Below, one piece after another: positions 42,401 through 53,689 of a stretch of DNA of 64,000 nt (position 1 is the first letter of the stretch; each line of letters opens with the position of its first letter). Made by a program: the position numbers and the translations under genes. Under the pieces are notes generated by a model. The model searched no databases. It saw only the letters and a list, made by a program, of their open reading frames with translations, and was not told the DNA's origin. Source of the stretch: Bugula neritina (Eukaryota > Animalia > Bryozoa). Location of the stretch: assembly GCA_964035545.1 (NCBI GenBank), contig OZ037766.1, positions 12,018,722-12,082,721 on the forward strand, in the 5' to 3' direction.

Positions 42401-42911
42401 TGTGTGGCTAATGAGTTTATATTTGATCCATTTTTAGTTACTCCCAATCTAAAATAAACAATTATTAAACCGGAATTTAATAACTTTTAAAACTTAAGAG
42501 CTCTGCATATATTATTACAGCTCAAGTAAAATTTGACTGACTTTTTACGATTCTTTTCAGCTAAGGACAGTTGAGCTTGGACTGCCTGTTCCATCAACTC
42601 CGAAGAGGTGGAGCATGTAGAGCATATTGAATTTGTCTTGTCAGAACTGATCACCGTTCTGGTTTTAACTAAGATATTATAGAGACTTTCTGTGAGAGAC
42701 TGATGTCCATTTAAACCAACACTGCCACATACAAAACATGGAGCATCCCTGAAACCATTATCCAACGGCTTCTAAAAAATAAATTCAGAAAAATTAAAAT
42801 TTAAATAAAGATACAAACGGTAGAAAAGTCAAATATTCAAACCTTTACTCATTTAGTACATACCTGCTGATAGTTGGGATTTGCCGATTCACCAATTGCA
42901 GAGTCACTCAT
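30426..42911 (-). CDS. Large multi-exon zinc-finger protein: N-terminal ZAD-like C4 domain plus more than 20 C2H2/C2HC fingers
   Basis: Phase-consistent 5' exons 42911-42864, 42771-42542 (CFVC...SICSTC), 42448-42318, 41997-41843, 41714-41666, 41435-41196. Finger-bearing exons at about 40000-40240, 36770-38980, 36490-36690, 35790-36350, 35480-35660, 35090-35190, 34330-34490, 33300-33435, 32690-32880, 31980-32185, 31470-31700. The last exon ends FKCEHCSKTFKLRISLNQHHMKAHPWIP* at 30426. Internal boundaries are approximate. Confidence 0.85.
31760..31975. repeat. TACA/TGTA-rich simple repeat in a ZNF gene intron
   Basis: Degenerate (TACA/TGTA/CA)n low-complexity tract. Confidence 0.6.
33610..34279. 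repeat. 31-bp minisatellite, about 21.5 copies, intronic
   Basis: Unit TAGTACCATGTATA(A/G)CAGCTGACATGTGTAA; copies are near-identical. It produces the three overlapping 31-aa-periodic ORFs in the ORF track. Confidence 0.95.
39084..39576. mobile_element. Non-autonomous Kolobok-like DNA element in a ZNF intron
   Basis: Perfect 17-bp TIR AGCTGTTTTTACACCTC / GAGGTGTAAAAACAGCT. Right flank TTAA, left flank TGAA (one change from a TTAA TSD). AG...CT termini fit the Kolobok RR...YY pattern. Confidence 0.65.
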
Positions 42912-42955
42912 ACTAATACTGCAGCATCACTACAAGACAGTAGAGGTTGAAGCTA
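41600..42955 (-). repeat. Segmental inverted duplication, copy A (5' end of ZNF gene)
   Basis: The reverse complement aligns with 53690-55075 across exons and introns. Exon sizes 230, 131, 155 and 49 nt are identical in both copies. Confidence 0.95.
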
Positions 42956-45900
42956 TAATAACTCCTTATTTCTTTTATCCAAAAGCAGCATAAGCAAAAA
43001 AAACATATTAGAGTAAACAACAATTTAAATTTTAGCCTTATTAATTATAAAAAACTGTGTAATAAAACACGAAGCAAAATAGTTTGTTCATTATTCAAAA
43101 TTTAGAGCTTAGTAAATTCAAGCTGTTTAGAAATTGGCAACTTTATGCTTTGAAACAAACTCAAAGCTGTTGTATGAAGCAGATGACAAAGTAAAAGCAA
43201 TTTTCTTTATGATAGACTAATTAAAAGCAATTACCTCAGAAAAACCTATTTAAAGTGATAACAATCTAAAACACTCTCGAATCTAGATCACCGTTTATCA
43301 TTTAGTCCCTGCTTAGTTTGATTCAAAATCTTGACTAGAAAAGAGATTACATGAATAAACAGTCAAAAAATTAATTGCAAAATAAACAAAACAACCTTAG
43401 ATTGAGAGCTTTATTACTCCACAAAAATATATTAAAAACCAACCGAAAAATAAGATTTGTAAACCTCCATAATCTGAGTCTAACAATGATGTTGTGCTAA
43501 TTTAGAGATTTTTTGAGATATTTATGTTTTGGTTGACTTAATTGTTTTTGAGTTTTTGTTTTAAGAGTTAAAATTAATATAAGAAACTTACAAAGTTGAC
43601 CACAATGGCTTCGGCACACACACATTTGCACACACAAATGCACATACACATAGATATACATACACACTGATAGACATACAGGTGTGTATCAAACAACATT
43701 GTGGATAAGTAATTAAACAAGTTTATGTTTTACAACATCAAACATCTACAAGCATGATTTCTGTAGGTCAAATTCTGCGGACGAATTGAGTAAAACTATA
43801 CTTTCTAATTCTAATTATTCATGTACTTCAAGGCTGGATAGAACACAAGGATTGTGATACTGCGTGGTTTTAGTTAGTGATACAACATTAAGGTTTTTAG
43901 TATGTATACCTTTAAAATATTAGCCTTGCTGGTAGCCTACTTAAACCTTCACTTTGATTACATTGGTGTGATGCCTGCAGTATCATAATGATCAGCTAGC
44001 AAGAGTAAACTACTACACCTGTCACTGAGAATTGCATTTAAGTTTTTATCATTGATAACAATAATTATGAAATGAAAATTATAAAAAATGTAAGCAGAAT
44101 GTTACACTGATTTAACATTTAAAGCGCATTGCTTAGAGTACACGGTTCTATTATGATTATTATCCCGATTATAAATGGTACAGTGACAATACGGGAATTA
44201 CAATGAAGCATCAATATTACCAAGAGGAAGATAATGGTTGAACATTACTATAAATTTTAACAAACAATATTACTCCTACTGTTAGTTTCACTCAAAGTCA
44301 ATACTAAGTCACCACCACGATCAGTGTTATAAGAACTATCACTATCACTTTGGCTATTATCCCCAGATTCAGTACGACTATCAGTATCACTATCACTATT
44401 TACTGACTTTTTATCAAACATTTATATTAAATTTATTATTTTAAATGACATTGACTGTTTCCGTTTGTAAAGATACTACTACTCATGCAGATCAATATTT
44501 ATCCTAATACTCACAGTAATAGTAGTTAGCTAGTCACATCCAGTGTTTTACGGGCTATGGCTTTTACAGACCCCTTGACTTGGAAGATCAATATTCAATA
44601 TCATATCATTAAGATTATTAATATAAATACGGCATCAGTCTGTACTTCAGGTAGCATAAGCATAATGATAATCATACTGACAAGGTTTCTTCAGAGTTGT
44701 TCAAAATTTATTGGCTCAAGACAGAAGGCGAAACTCATTCAATTTTAACTTAAAAAATTATCAAGGTGAAGGTGTAACAGTAACACACCCTAACTTTAGT
44801 CTAACAGTCTAAGAGTAACATAGAATCTCAAACATTAAATTTAAACTTATAAGCCTCTCAATAACAACTATTCTATTTCTAACAGTAAGTTTGGGCCTAG
44901 TACTCACTACTAGTAGTAGCTGTCCAGTCCAAAAAATTATTAAATTTAAAATAATAAAGTTTAAAATTTAGCTTTACTGAATTTGAATTTCCATTACATT
45001 TACACTACAGTTAGTAATAGTAATACTATACAGTTTGAGTAAGGAATACTAAGAGTAAGTCTAATAAGTAATATTAAACTTAATAGTTATACTTATACTT
45101 ATAGTTATAGCAATAGTTTATCATTAGTTAATGTTATACTTATATTAATTGACTTAGAATTAGTAATTCTAAGACTAATAGTAATACTAATAGTTTATAG
45201 TAATAGTAACTAATTTACTACTACTATTACTATTAGTCTTAGAATTACTCAAAATAACATTTACATTATCATTATGATTAACAGTCAAGTGATTGTAAAA
45301 CCTCATGGCTCATAGTCATAGACTTAGAGTTAGACTTAGAGTCATACTCATAGTCATATTGAATTTAATAACATAATGATAATCGTTACCTATATTCAAA
45401 TTTAGCAGCTCTTCGCCAAGATTAAGAATATTTTGCAATATTGGCGAAGTGTTCATTTATATAAACTTTGGCAATAAAATAATATACATATTTTTATAGT
45501 TGGTGTTATTTTAAATTTTTTACAACTCCATCTTGAGTTTCATTCAGTTTAGAAAAGCATGCCCCAATTGTAGCCTTCATATGAAAAGAGCGGTACGCCT
45601 TTTGGGCCTTTCAACTTTTGTTCTGCAAATTATGTTAGCGTGGTCAAGGTTATTATGCGCTAGACAGCTAAGTCAAATAGTTTTTGCAAGAGTTACCCTC
45701 CCAATTCAAACTGGCAATCAGATTATTCACTCGGCCAATCAAAAGTAACTTTAATTTGACAATTTACAGCTTTCATACAATTTTATCAGTGCGAAAATCC
45801 AAATTATCAAATGAACAATGACAAAGTCTTTCAAAAGAGTCACAGATAGAAATGACTATTGTGTAAACAACTCCACCTCCTGGTTCAAAATGGTATTTCT

Positions 45901-46576
45901 GACTTCACCAACTCCCAGTCCTTCAAAGTTACATCTGCACAGTAACTATATAGTATTATAGCAGCTTTTATAGAAATATATTATTTCAAAATTGCAATCG
46001 TAACTTTATTTTAGTTAGTGAAAACTATCTACAAAGTTGTACTTTTTAGTCATTCTAATGCAAGTCAGGCTCCTTTGATTTACATCAGTATTTTATTGCT
46101 TCAACTCAATTAAGTCAACTTGTAGTATATGGTAAGCAACTTCAATTACAGAATTATACAGGCCAAGGCAAAATATCATTTGCTATATTATCATGATGAT
46201 TGTTGAAACCACTAAACTCCTATAACATGATTTACAATAAAATAACGTTTTATTTTTTAATATTTGCCTATATACAGCAACTTTTATATCAGCATTGTAA
46301 AGTAAGCATACTACTTGCTATAATGTTACTGTGATATATTTACCAACAATAATGCAAAAAAATTGTTACATCTCATGTTAGCAAAGCACATAATATAAGT
46401 ATAATAACACAAATGCTGACTTCATACTATACGAATAGAATATAGGCAGTCAATGTTGCTATATTCACTGGTTCAAATTACAGCATAAAAGCATAAAACT
46501 TTAGCAGCAGATAAAAGTGCTTCGTTACATAACAGCACTACAGAAGAGTTTTCCAAGTTGAGTCAAGTTAAAGAAG

Positions 46577-46760
46577 TTAAATAGAGTTGTTGATGTGAGC
46601 AATCAGCTGCCAATCTGCTGTCACAGCATCATCTGGTCTACTATTGCTTTTTCTTTCTGATGAGAGTTTGTAACTGGCGTAATACCCATCCTTAGACCTT
46701 TGTCTAACACCAGCTGAAGTAGGGGGGATAGTTTCCTGGGCAAGCAGCCTGTAAAATCCT

Positions 46761-46851
<91 letters not shown>

Positions 46852-49800
46852 CTAAGGATTTTACAGGCTACTTGCTGATCATATATTAATCCTATATATG
46901 AAACAGCAAGTCAGGTTGTTTTACAAATAAAACAGTATTGCATACTTTAAAGCTCCAGCAGCTATAGAACGTTCCATTAGTTTACTGATGTCATCATCAG
47001 AGCTGTGTTCAGAAGGGAATGAAAAGGAGGCTAAGTGATCATCATATAGACTTTGCAATGCATTGTTGTTGTTGTCAGCACCTACATAAAGTAGAGTATG
47101 CTCTATCAAATTGCATTAACACAATTGCCTTATTGAAATAAACTTTACGCCTATAAAAAAAGAGATGCGAATAACCTTTATAGAACACAAATTGAGGAAC
47201 TGAAGTGTGAATCTGAGAAGTTCTGAGACAATAAGTATTATAACATGGTAGGTGAGCAGCTAGCAGAGGTCAAAGGTTGGTATATGACATCAATACGAAA
47301 TTGCAAACTAATATATATTAGATTCTATATTATAAAACAATGAATTAATTTCATAAAGTATATTTAATGAAAACTATGCTGCTGAGTACTATCAAAATTT
47401 TGACTGTTATTGCTAAAAATTTGCACTATGGTATCAATTTAAACAATTATCAGTTGAACATTGAGCAGGTAAGAATTCAGACAAGTTACCTGACAGTACA
47501 TTTTCTACATCTGCCTCCGTATTAACCTGTTGCTGTCTAGAGGTTAAGAAAGCATCCAGGCTAATGCTGCGATGTAAAGAGCCTGCATGGTGACCAACAG
47601 TTTCGTTAAGTGACTGACTGCCTAGCCTTTGTTCATCTGACTACAATATAACTAGAAGATGTTCAGATCACTTTAGGGATCTTCTATAATAAAAAATTAT
47701 AATAAGAGGTGTTCCTTTAAGTTAATTAGTACTATGCAGTGACTAGGCAATAGCAGATCTATGAATATTTCACCTAATTTCCCTCTTCCAGAGATTATTC
47801 ATGTTTTCTGGGAACCTCGATATTTTTCAAACCACAGGTTTACTGATTAATTTTAGATTATTAGTATAGTTTTATTTGTTAGGAATTAGAGCGCTAAAAA
47901 TTATCTTTAGATTATATTCTTTGTGGCAATAATGTATGAAATCACAACTTAAAAATAACTAATACAATATGTCTATATTTTTGGCCATTATTTGAAGTGA
48001 TTTATTTTTATTAATTTCTGTCAATGTTATTAAAAAACACTAAAAATACGTATACAATAGCTTTAGTTTGCTATCAGCTTATATCAAAAAATTCTTACTT
48101 TGAAATCAGTGCAGCTGATACTTGCAAATGGTTTTTCAAATGATTTCTTACTACAGGAAGTGGTGGATAACTCCAGATTATCTCCTTCACCTCTACACAA
48201 TTTAGCAGCTTTCTTAGAATTATTCTTTTTATTAACCAAGCTGACATCAACATTGTCTCCCTTACTCCAAGTTATACCCTTAGACTTGTTAGCCGGCCAT
48301 AATTTTTTATCTAAATACAGTACATTTATTATAGAGTAGAATGTTTTCCACAATTCAATGTCAATGTAGCCAAATTGGTTTAGAATTTAGATACACTAGC
48401 CAAAATTCATTTGAGAAATAGTGTGTGAAATTATGAGTGTGAGCAATTAGTGGATCACATTATGGGAGGGAAGTGTTTCACATCTTCACATAAAAAGTTA
48501 CTACAATGTGTTCACATATATATTTTATTAAATTAGTAAATGTTGTGTAACTGCAGCATTTTATAAACTGTTAGTTACAGAATACTGCAAGTATAATAAA
48601 CATTCAACTTATTTCTAAATGTATGAAGACTTTTTTATATAAAGTAATTTCATACATTTCAAATGATAGGCATGTGTTTGATTTATAGCACTAGAAACTA
48701 CTTAACAAGTGCAAGTTAAACAGCATTCTAGCTTGATCACAAAAGTGCAATTATATATACTGTTAATTATAGTAAGATATAACAAGAGTGCCCATGAACA
48801 CAATTTATATACCTTGCTCTTTGGTAGGTACCAGAAGCTTGTTCTCAATCATATTCACTTCGGGTGAGCAGTCAAAGTTTTCATAATCAAACGATAGCCG
48901 GAAATCTCTTGTAATATTCATTGTATCAAAAGTCTCTAATTGATCGTTTGCTCTAAAATTTTACGCGCAGCTTTATAATACTTTTTCTACTACACCGTTG
49001 ATGATACATGTAAATGAATTTAATACTAAACAAATAAATAAACACTGAAAGTGTATAGAACGTACAGGAATGATGGAATAATATTGACAAAAACTAAAAG
49101 TTTGTAATAATCAATCAAGTTAGGACGAAGCTGTGAAAACAAAAAATTCTATAAGTTTAAGCCTTTTAAATAATTTTTGGCCTGAAACGCTAACAGCAAA
49201 TTTTTTATAAGCATTATTTTTTTTGCTTGAAGTTTTTACTAAATTCTTGATAATACAGCTCTTTCTCATAAAGCAAGCACATGCATGTAAACCCCTTACC
49301 TGTAACTAAGTTCTCCAAATCTCTATTTAAAATATCAAAAGTACAGCAATAACAGTTTCAGTTATCGAGCATTTTATTTATTATAAAATGTTCAAATCTG
49401 TATAATGTTAGCAGAGAAATGTTTTAAAGCTTTTGAACAGTTTGTTTTTTGTAAGTTTTATTACAGTTAGTCTAGTTACTCTATCTTGAGTGTCTCATGA
49501 TTATGTAGGCTCTGCTTATTCTATCTCGTAAACTGATTCTACTCTTTTAAACTCTTACATTTAGAAGATATGAAGCGCTGTTGGCTGCAAGTACACTGGA
49601 TATATCATTTAGTATACCCATTGAGTTGGTTGACACTTTAGGTAATTCATTGAGTGTATGCTGTAGATCGAATATTTTTTCTCTAACTTCCTATAAATTA
49701 AAATTGGTTACTTTTAGATAGCATGGCCACTGAACACTAATTATAGCATAAAAATATAAAATGAACAGCTCTGTTAGGCAACCAATAACATGCATAATTA

Positions 49801-50369
49801 TTTTAAAATATATGTAGTAATTTCTATCAGTACATTTTATATACAATATACATTGTAATTAATTAGCTTCATGCTTCAACAGTGTATAACATCTTGAAAT
49901 ACATTTAGTGCTATGATAATTGAATAAATAATGAACTAATATTTTAATAGATTTCATTCAAATACACATTTAATCTACAAACAACATAGAAATGGGAGCA
50001 AATGAGCACAATGTATTACTTCAAGATCAAGTGAAGAATATTTTTTAGAATGCATTCTGTAACAGTGTAACTAAATGTTTTATTATATACTTTACCCTGT
50101 TTTTATATTGAGCTCTTTTTAGTTTTTACCTCAGTTATTGCGCGTGTCATAGCTTTTTCACATCCATCAATTGCACTTTTTAAAAACTCAAACTCTGATC
50201 GTATTTTCCTCTTAGCAACTTTACTTTCTTTCTGAATTTATAAAAACATTACATGTCAGCAGCAATCCTCAAAAACTCAATGATAATTTCGACTAACACA
50301 ATAACTATCTTCAGAATAAGTGTGCGTGTGCGTGTGCGTGTGCGTGTGCGTGTGCGTGTGCGTGTGCGT

Positions 50370-50411
<42 letters not shown>

Positions 50412-51663
50412 CATTGAATAGACTTAAACTTGTCCTGCAAAATCTAGTTATTACATTGAATCAAAGATTTTAATAATTATACTTTGAATTTAGTTGTATT
50501 TATTAGCTTTTAGGTTATATTATTCGCAGTATTGAAGTATACCCCAACAATAATTTAATTTTATATTAAAACTATATAGCTTATAAATAAAAGTGTTATT
50601 TTAGTTATTGCAAGTAAAATTTGATCTCAACAGTTGGCTGGATAAATAACTTTCATCACCAACCTTCAAGGCAGACATTTGCTCTTCTGCATAATATTTT
50701 AAATCTGGAGCAGCTGCCAAATGTCTATCAAGTTTTTCCAACCGAGTGTGAAGATTTTTCTGAAAGAAAAAACACAGAAATTAAAGCCTTTCAAAGCATT
50801 TCACCATTATTGAACATAGTTGGATAGCTTAACTTCAATACACACACTATATTATACATCATACACATATACATTTATGATTTTATATACACTTCATATA
50901 CACTATATTTGTAGAAACATATAATGGCAATAAGGTTAAGATATTATAGTAAATATAAAACCTTTGAAGTAGTGTAAGCTTGATGCAAGTTAATAAGCTT
51001 ATGAGAGGCGTGAGTAGAAACACAGTCAAGGCACAAGAGCTGCGTACACCTGGTACAAAATATACAATATTTTTCTTCATGCTGACTGCACATTGTTTCC
51101 TCATTCTTCAATGCAGAGGCTGCAATAATGAATAATTAACAGACGTTATATCTAGTTGAAAGCATACTAAAGGCACAACTATTTCTCAGTGTTTGAACTG
51201 ACGTTATTTATAAACACTATACTATTTTATAGCATTAAAATGAAAGCTATAATAAGGCTAAGCAGCACTTCTTGTGATTGGGAAAAGATGTTTATTGTGG
51301 AAAACATGTGTTTATTTTATTGAAAAAGTACATTTTGAGATACTCAATTTGTGATTTTTACTGAGTTCTAAAGTCATCTACCATAGTATTAGTTGCGAGT
51401 AAAAATGGTAAAGTTGAAAATTAGCAATTTTCTATTTGTTTTACTGAATTATTGCTGCATGGTGAACTAAACTAGTTGATTCTAACACATGGCAGTAGTA
51501 ATAGATTTGATATTTACTTACCTCTTATAAGATTGTGCTTTTTCAAAGGACCAACTTTAGGGTGAAACTTTTTGATGCACACAGAACAGTAATAATACGA
51601 GCAATTTTCACATGCGACTGTTGCAACTTTTGTATCTTTTGTGCAAAAGTTGCAGAGTGCCAT
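46577..51663 (-). CDS. RING-less TRIM-like protein (B-box1, B-box2, coiled coil, possible COS-like segment, disordered tail), ~487 aa
   Basis: Exons 51663-51522, 51119-50962, 50759-50664, 50231-50130, 49690-49559, 49322-49300, 48952-48813, 48310-48099, 47640-47490, 47081-46946, 46748-46577 (1464 nt, in phase). B-box1 CNFC..ATVACENCSYYYCSVCIKKFHPKVGPLKKH (TRIM9/MID-type); B-box2 CSQHEEKYCIFCTRCTQLLCLDCVSTHASH; then heptad-rich exons. Largely missed by the ORF track. Confidence 0.8.
46740..46875. repeat. (TA)n microsatellite flanked by an ~24-bp inverted repeat
   Basis: GCAAGCAGCCTGTAAAATCCTTA ... (TA)~40 ... TAAGGATTTTACAGGCTACTTGC. Confidence 0.9.
50320..50409. repeat. Compound (GTGTGC)n(GT)n microsatellite, intronic
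   Basis: Seen directly in the sequence. Confidence 0.95.
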
Positions 51664-52781
51664 ATTTAGTTTTTGCAGTTCCGATTCCAATTGTAATAAT
51701 ATTAGGAATCATAAAAAATGTTCACAATAAAAAATTCTAATAGCAATTATAAGCTTTTATTGTTGCATTAAAAATGTGTATTTGTGGTATTTTCACACAC
51801 ATAAACAATTAATTTCTTAAGTGTTTTTGATAATAAAACTTTTTTATATTGCAGGAATGCAGTAAAACAAAGATGCAATTATGTTTATGATTGTGAAATT
51901 GTGTTTTCTTAGACACATTTCATTCAGATTATAGCAGAATTAGTTGGCTAATTACTTAAATAATGAGGCCATATTATTAGTATATAAAAACTAAATAAAT
52001 CTATTACCATATTCAATACATCATGCAGACATGCAAAGCTGGTCAACAACAGTTTAGACTTTAGAGCATTATTTCTACAACAGCTCTTTTGTAAGACAGC
52101 AAAAATGTTCTACCATGGTGTGCAAAATAGATAACAGCTTTGGTAGTTGGTACAACTCTAACTTTTATATCCTTGTTCTGAATTTAGGATAAAAGAGTGG
52201 AATCAGAAATCAACTTCTGGCTTAAAACATATTTGATGTTTAAATAGTGTTTTTAAATAACCGCTACAAATAAGATTTGCTTTACTAATTACACTACTGC
52301 TTTTTAATGTCCACACCAAATTTTATTGTCAGCGAAAAACAAAAAAGTATTCGTGAGATCTCTATAAATGAAATGTTCTGTTTATGTTTTTGATTCTCAC
52401 TTTTGTATGTCACAAGCTGTGTTGTGCTAAAGTATAGGTATATCTGTCAGCTCACAGAATTGTATCTTTGCCAAATATGGTGCTTTCTTCAATTACTTGG
52501 AGACTTCCATTAGCTAGGGTGCACACTGCTGTTTGACTGCCTGACTGCTTGCTAAAATGTTTTAATTATGTATGTATAGTTGAGAGTTAGTGTATTTGTT
52601 CCATCACCGTACATATGTGATTGCAGTAGCCTATAGGGCATAGGCCACATTATATCTACAAAGTTGTTTAGTGATACTTACAGTCATACAAATCATACAA
52701 GATCAGAAATTATAAAATATTACTATACATCAGTTGAGCCAGATAAGTTGAATGCAATTGCAAGCATTTGGTGTTTACTTC

Positions 52782-53059
52782 ATTTTTTTAAGATGTATCC
52801 AACACATGGACAATTGCAGATGCAGTAAAATGTTAGAATTATTCTATAAGCAGCTCTGATTTGGGGGGTGACTGAGTGCATAGTTTGTGATTCTCAAACT
52901 TGAGGGGGGGTTCCAATTCTAACTCAAGCCCCCAACTTCCAACTCGAGAATCACAAACTATGCACTCAGTTACCCCCCAAATCAGAGCTGCTTATAGAAT
53001 GATTCTAAAATTTTACTGCATCTGCAATTGTCCATGTGTTGAATACATCTTAAAAAAAT
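52782..53059. repeat. ~278-bp near-perfect palindrome containing a TATAA[A/G]CAGCTC-family MITE plus mirrored flank
   Basis: ATTTTTTTAAGATGTAT.CAACACATGGACAATTGCAGATGCAGTAAAA...TATAAGCAGCTCTGATTTGGGGGG on the left, with its reverse complement on the right. Confidence 0.9.
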
Positions 53060-53318
53060 CTAGAATTTCAAACTATTACAATCGGTCACCCCCAACTTGG
53101 AGCTGTTTATAAAGGGTTTCATAGTATAGCAGAGTATTTTACAGATCAATGAAATCACTGAGCTAGAATAATTAATAATTATTGAGTTCATTGAATGAAA
53201 TATTATGTGTAGAACGAAAGTTGATGGGCTCAAAACATGTACCGTTCTTTTCTAGTGTACTCTTTTCGTACGAAGGCTACTTACTGAACTGGAAAAGACA
53301 TTATTTATAGAATGGGTC

Positions 53319-53435
53319 TATAAGCAGCTCCAAGTTGGTGGAGAATGAGTTCGGGGTCTGACGTTTGGAGTTATGTCCCAAACTCGAGGTCTCCCACTCC
53401 CGCACTCATTCACCACCAACTTGGAGCTGCTTATA
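53319..53435. mobile_element. Palindromic MITE (TATAA[A/G]CAGCTC family), short copy
   Basis: TATAAGCAGCTCCAAGTTGGTGG ... CCACCAACTTGGAGCTGCTTATA is a perfect 23-bp TIR. Confidence 0.75.
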
Positions 53436-53689
53436 AAACTATTCTTATTTTTAGTTCACGGGCTTGTCTACAAAGGGTCGAAGGTCAAATATCACTCTGC
53501 TTGTCTAAACTCAAACTGAACTAAAATAAAATCTAAAATAACTCTATATTAATATTAATATTATTATGTTGCCGAAGTTTATATAAGTAATCGGTTTTCT
53601 AATACTTCCAATCTTTTCCAATAATACTATCGGTCTGTTACATTTAATTTTAGTAATAGTAATACTAATAGAAAATACTGAGATTTTAT

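Noticed and set aside
50249-50440. ORF/exon with TH/TR dipeptide repeat
   Set aside because: It is translated microsatellite, and the flanking TRIM exons join in phase without it.
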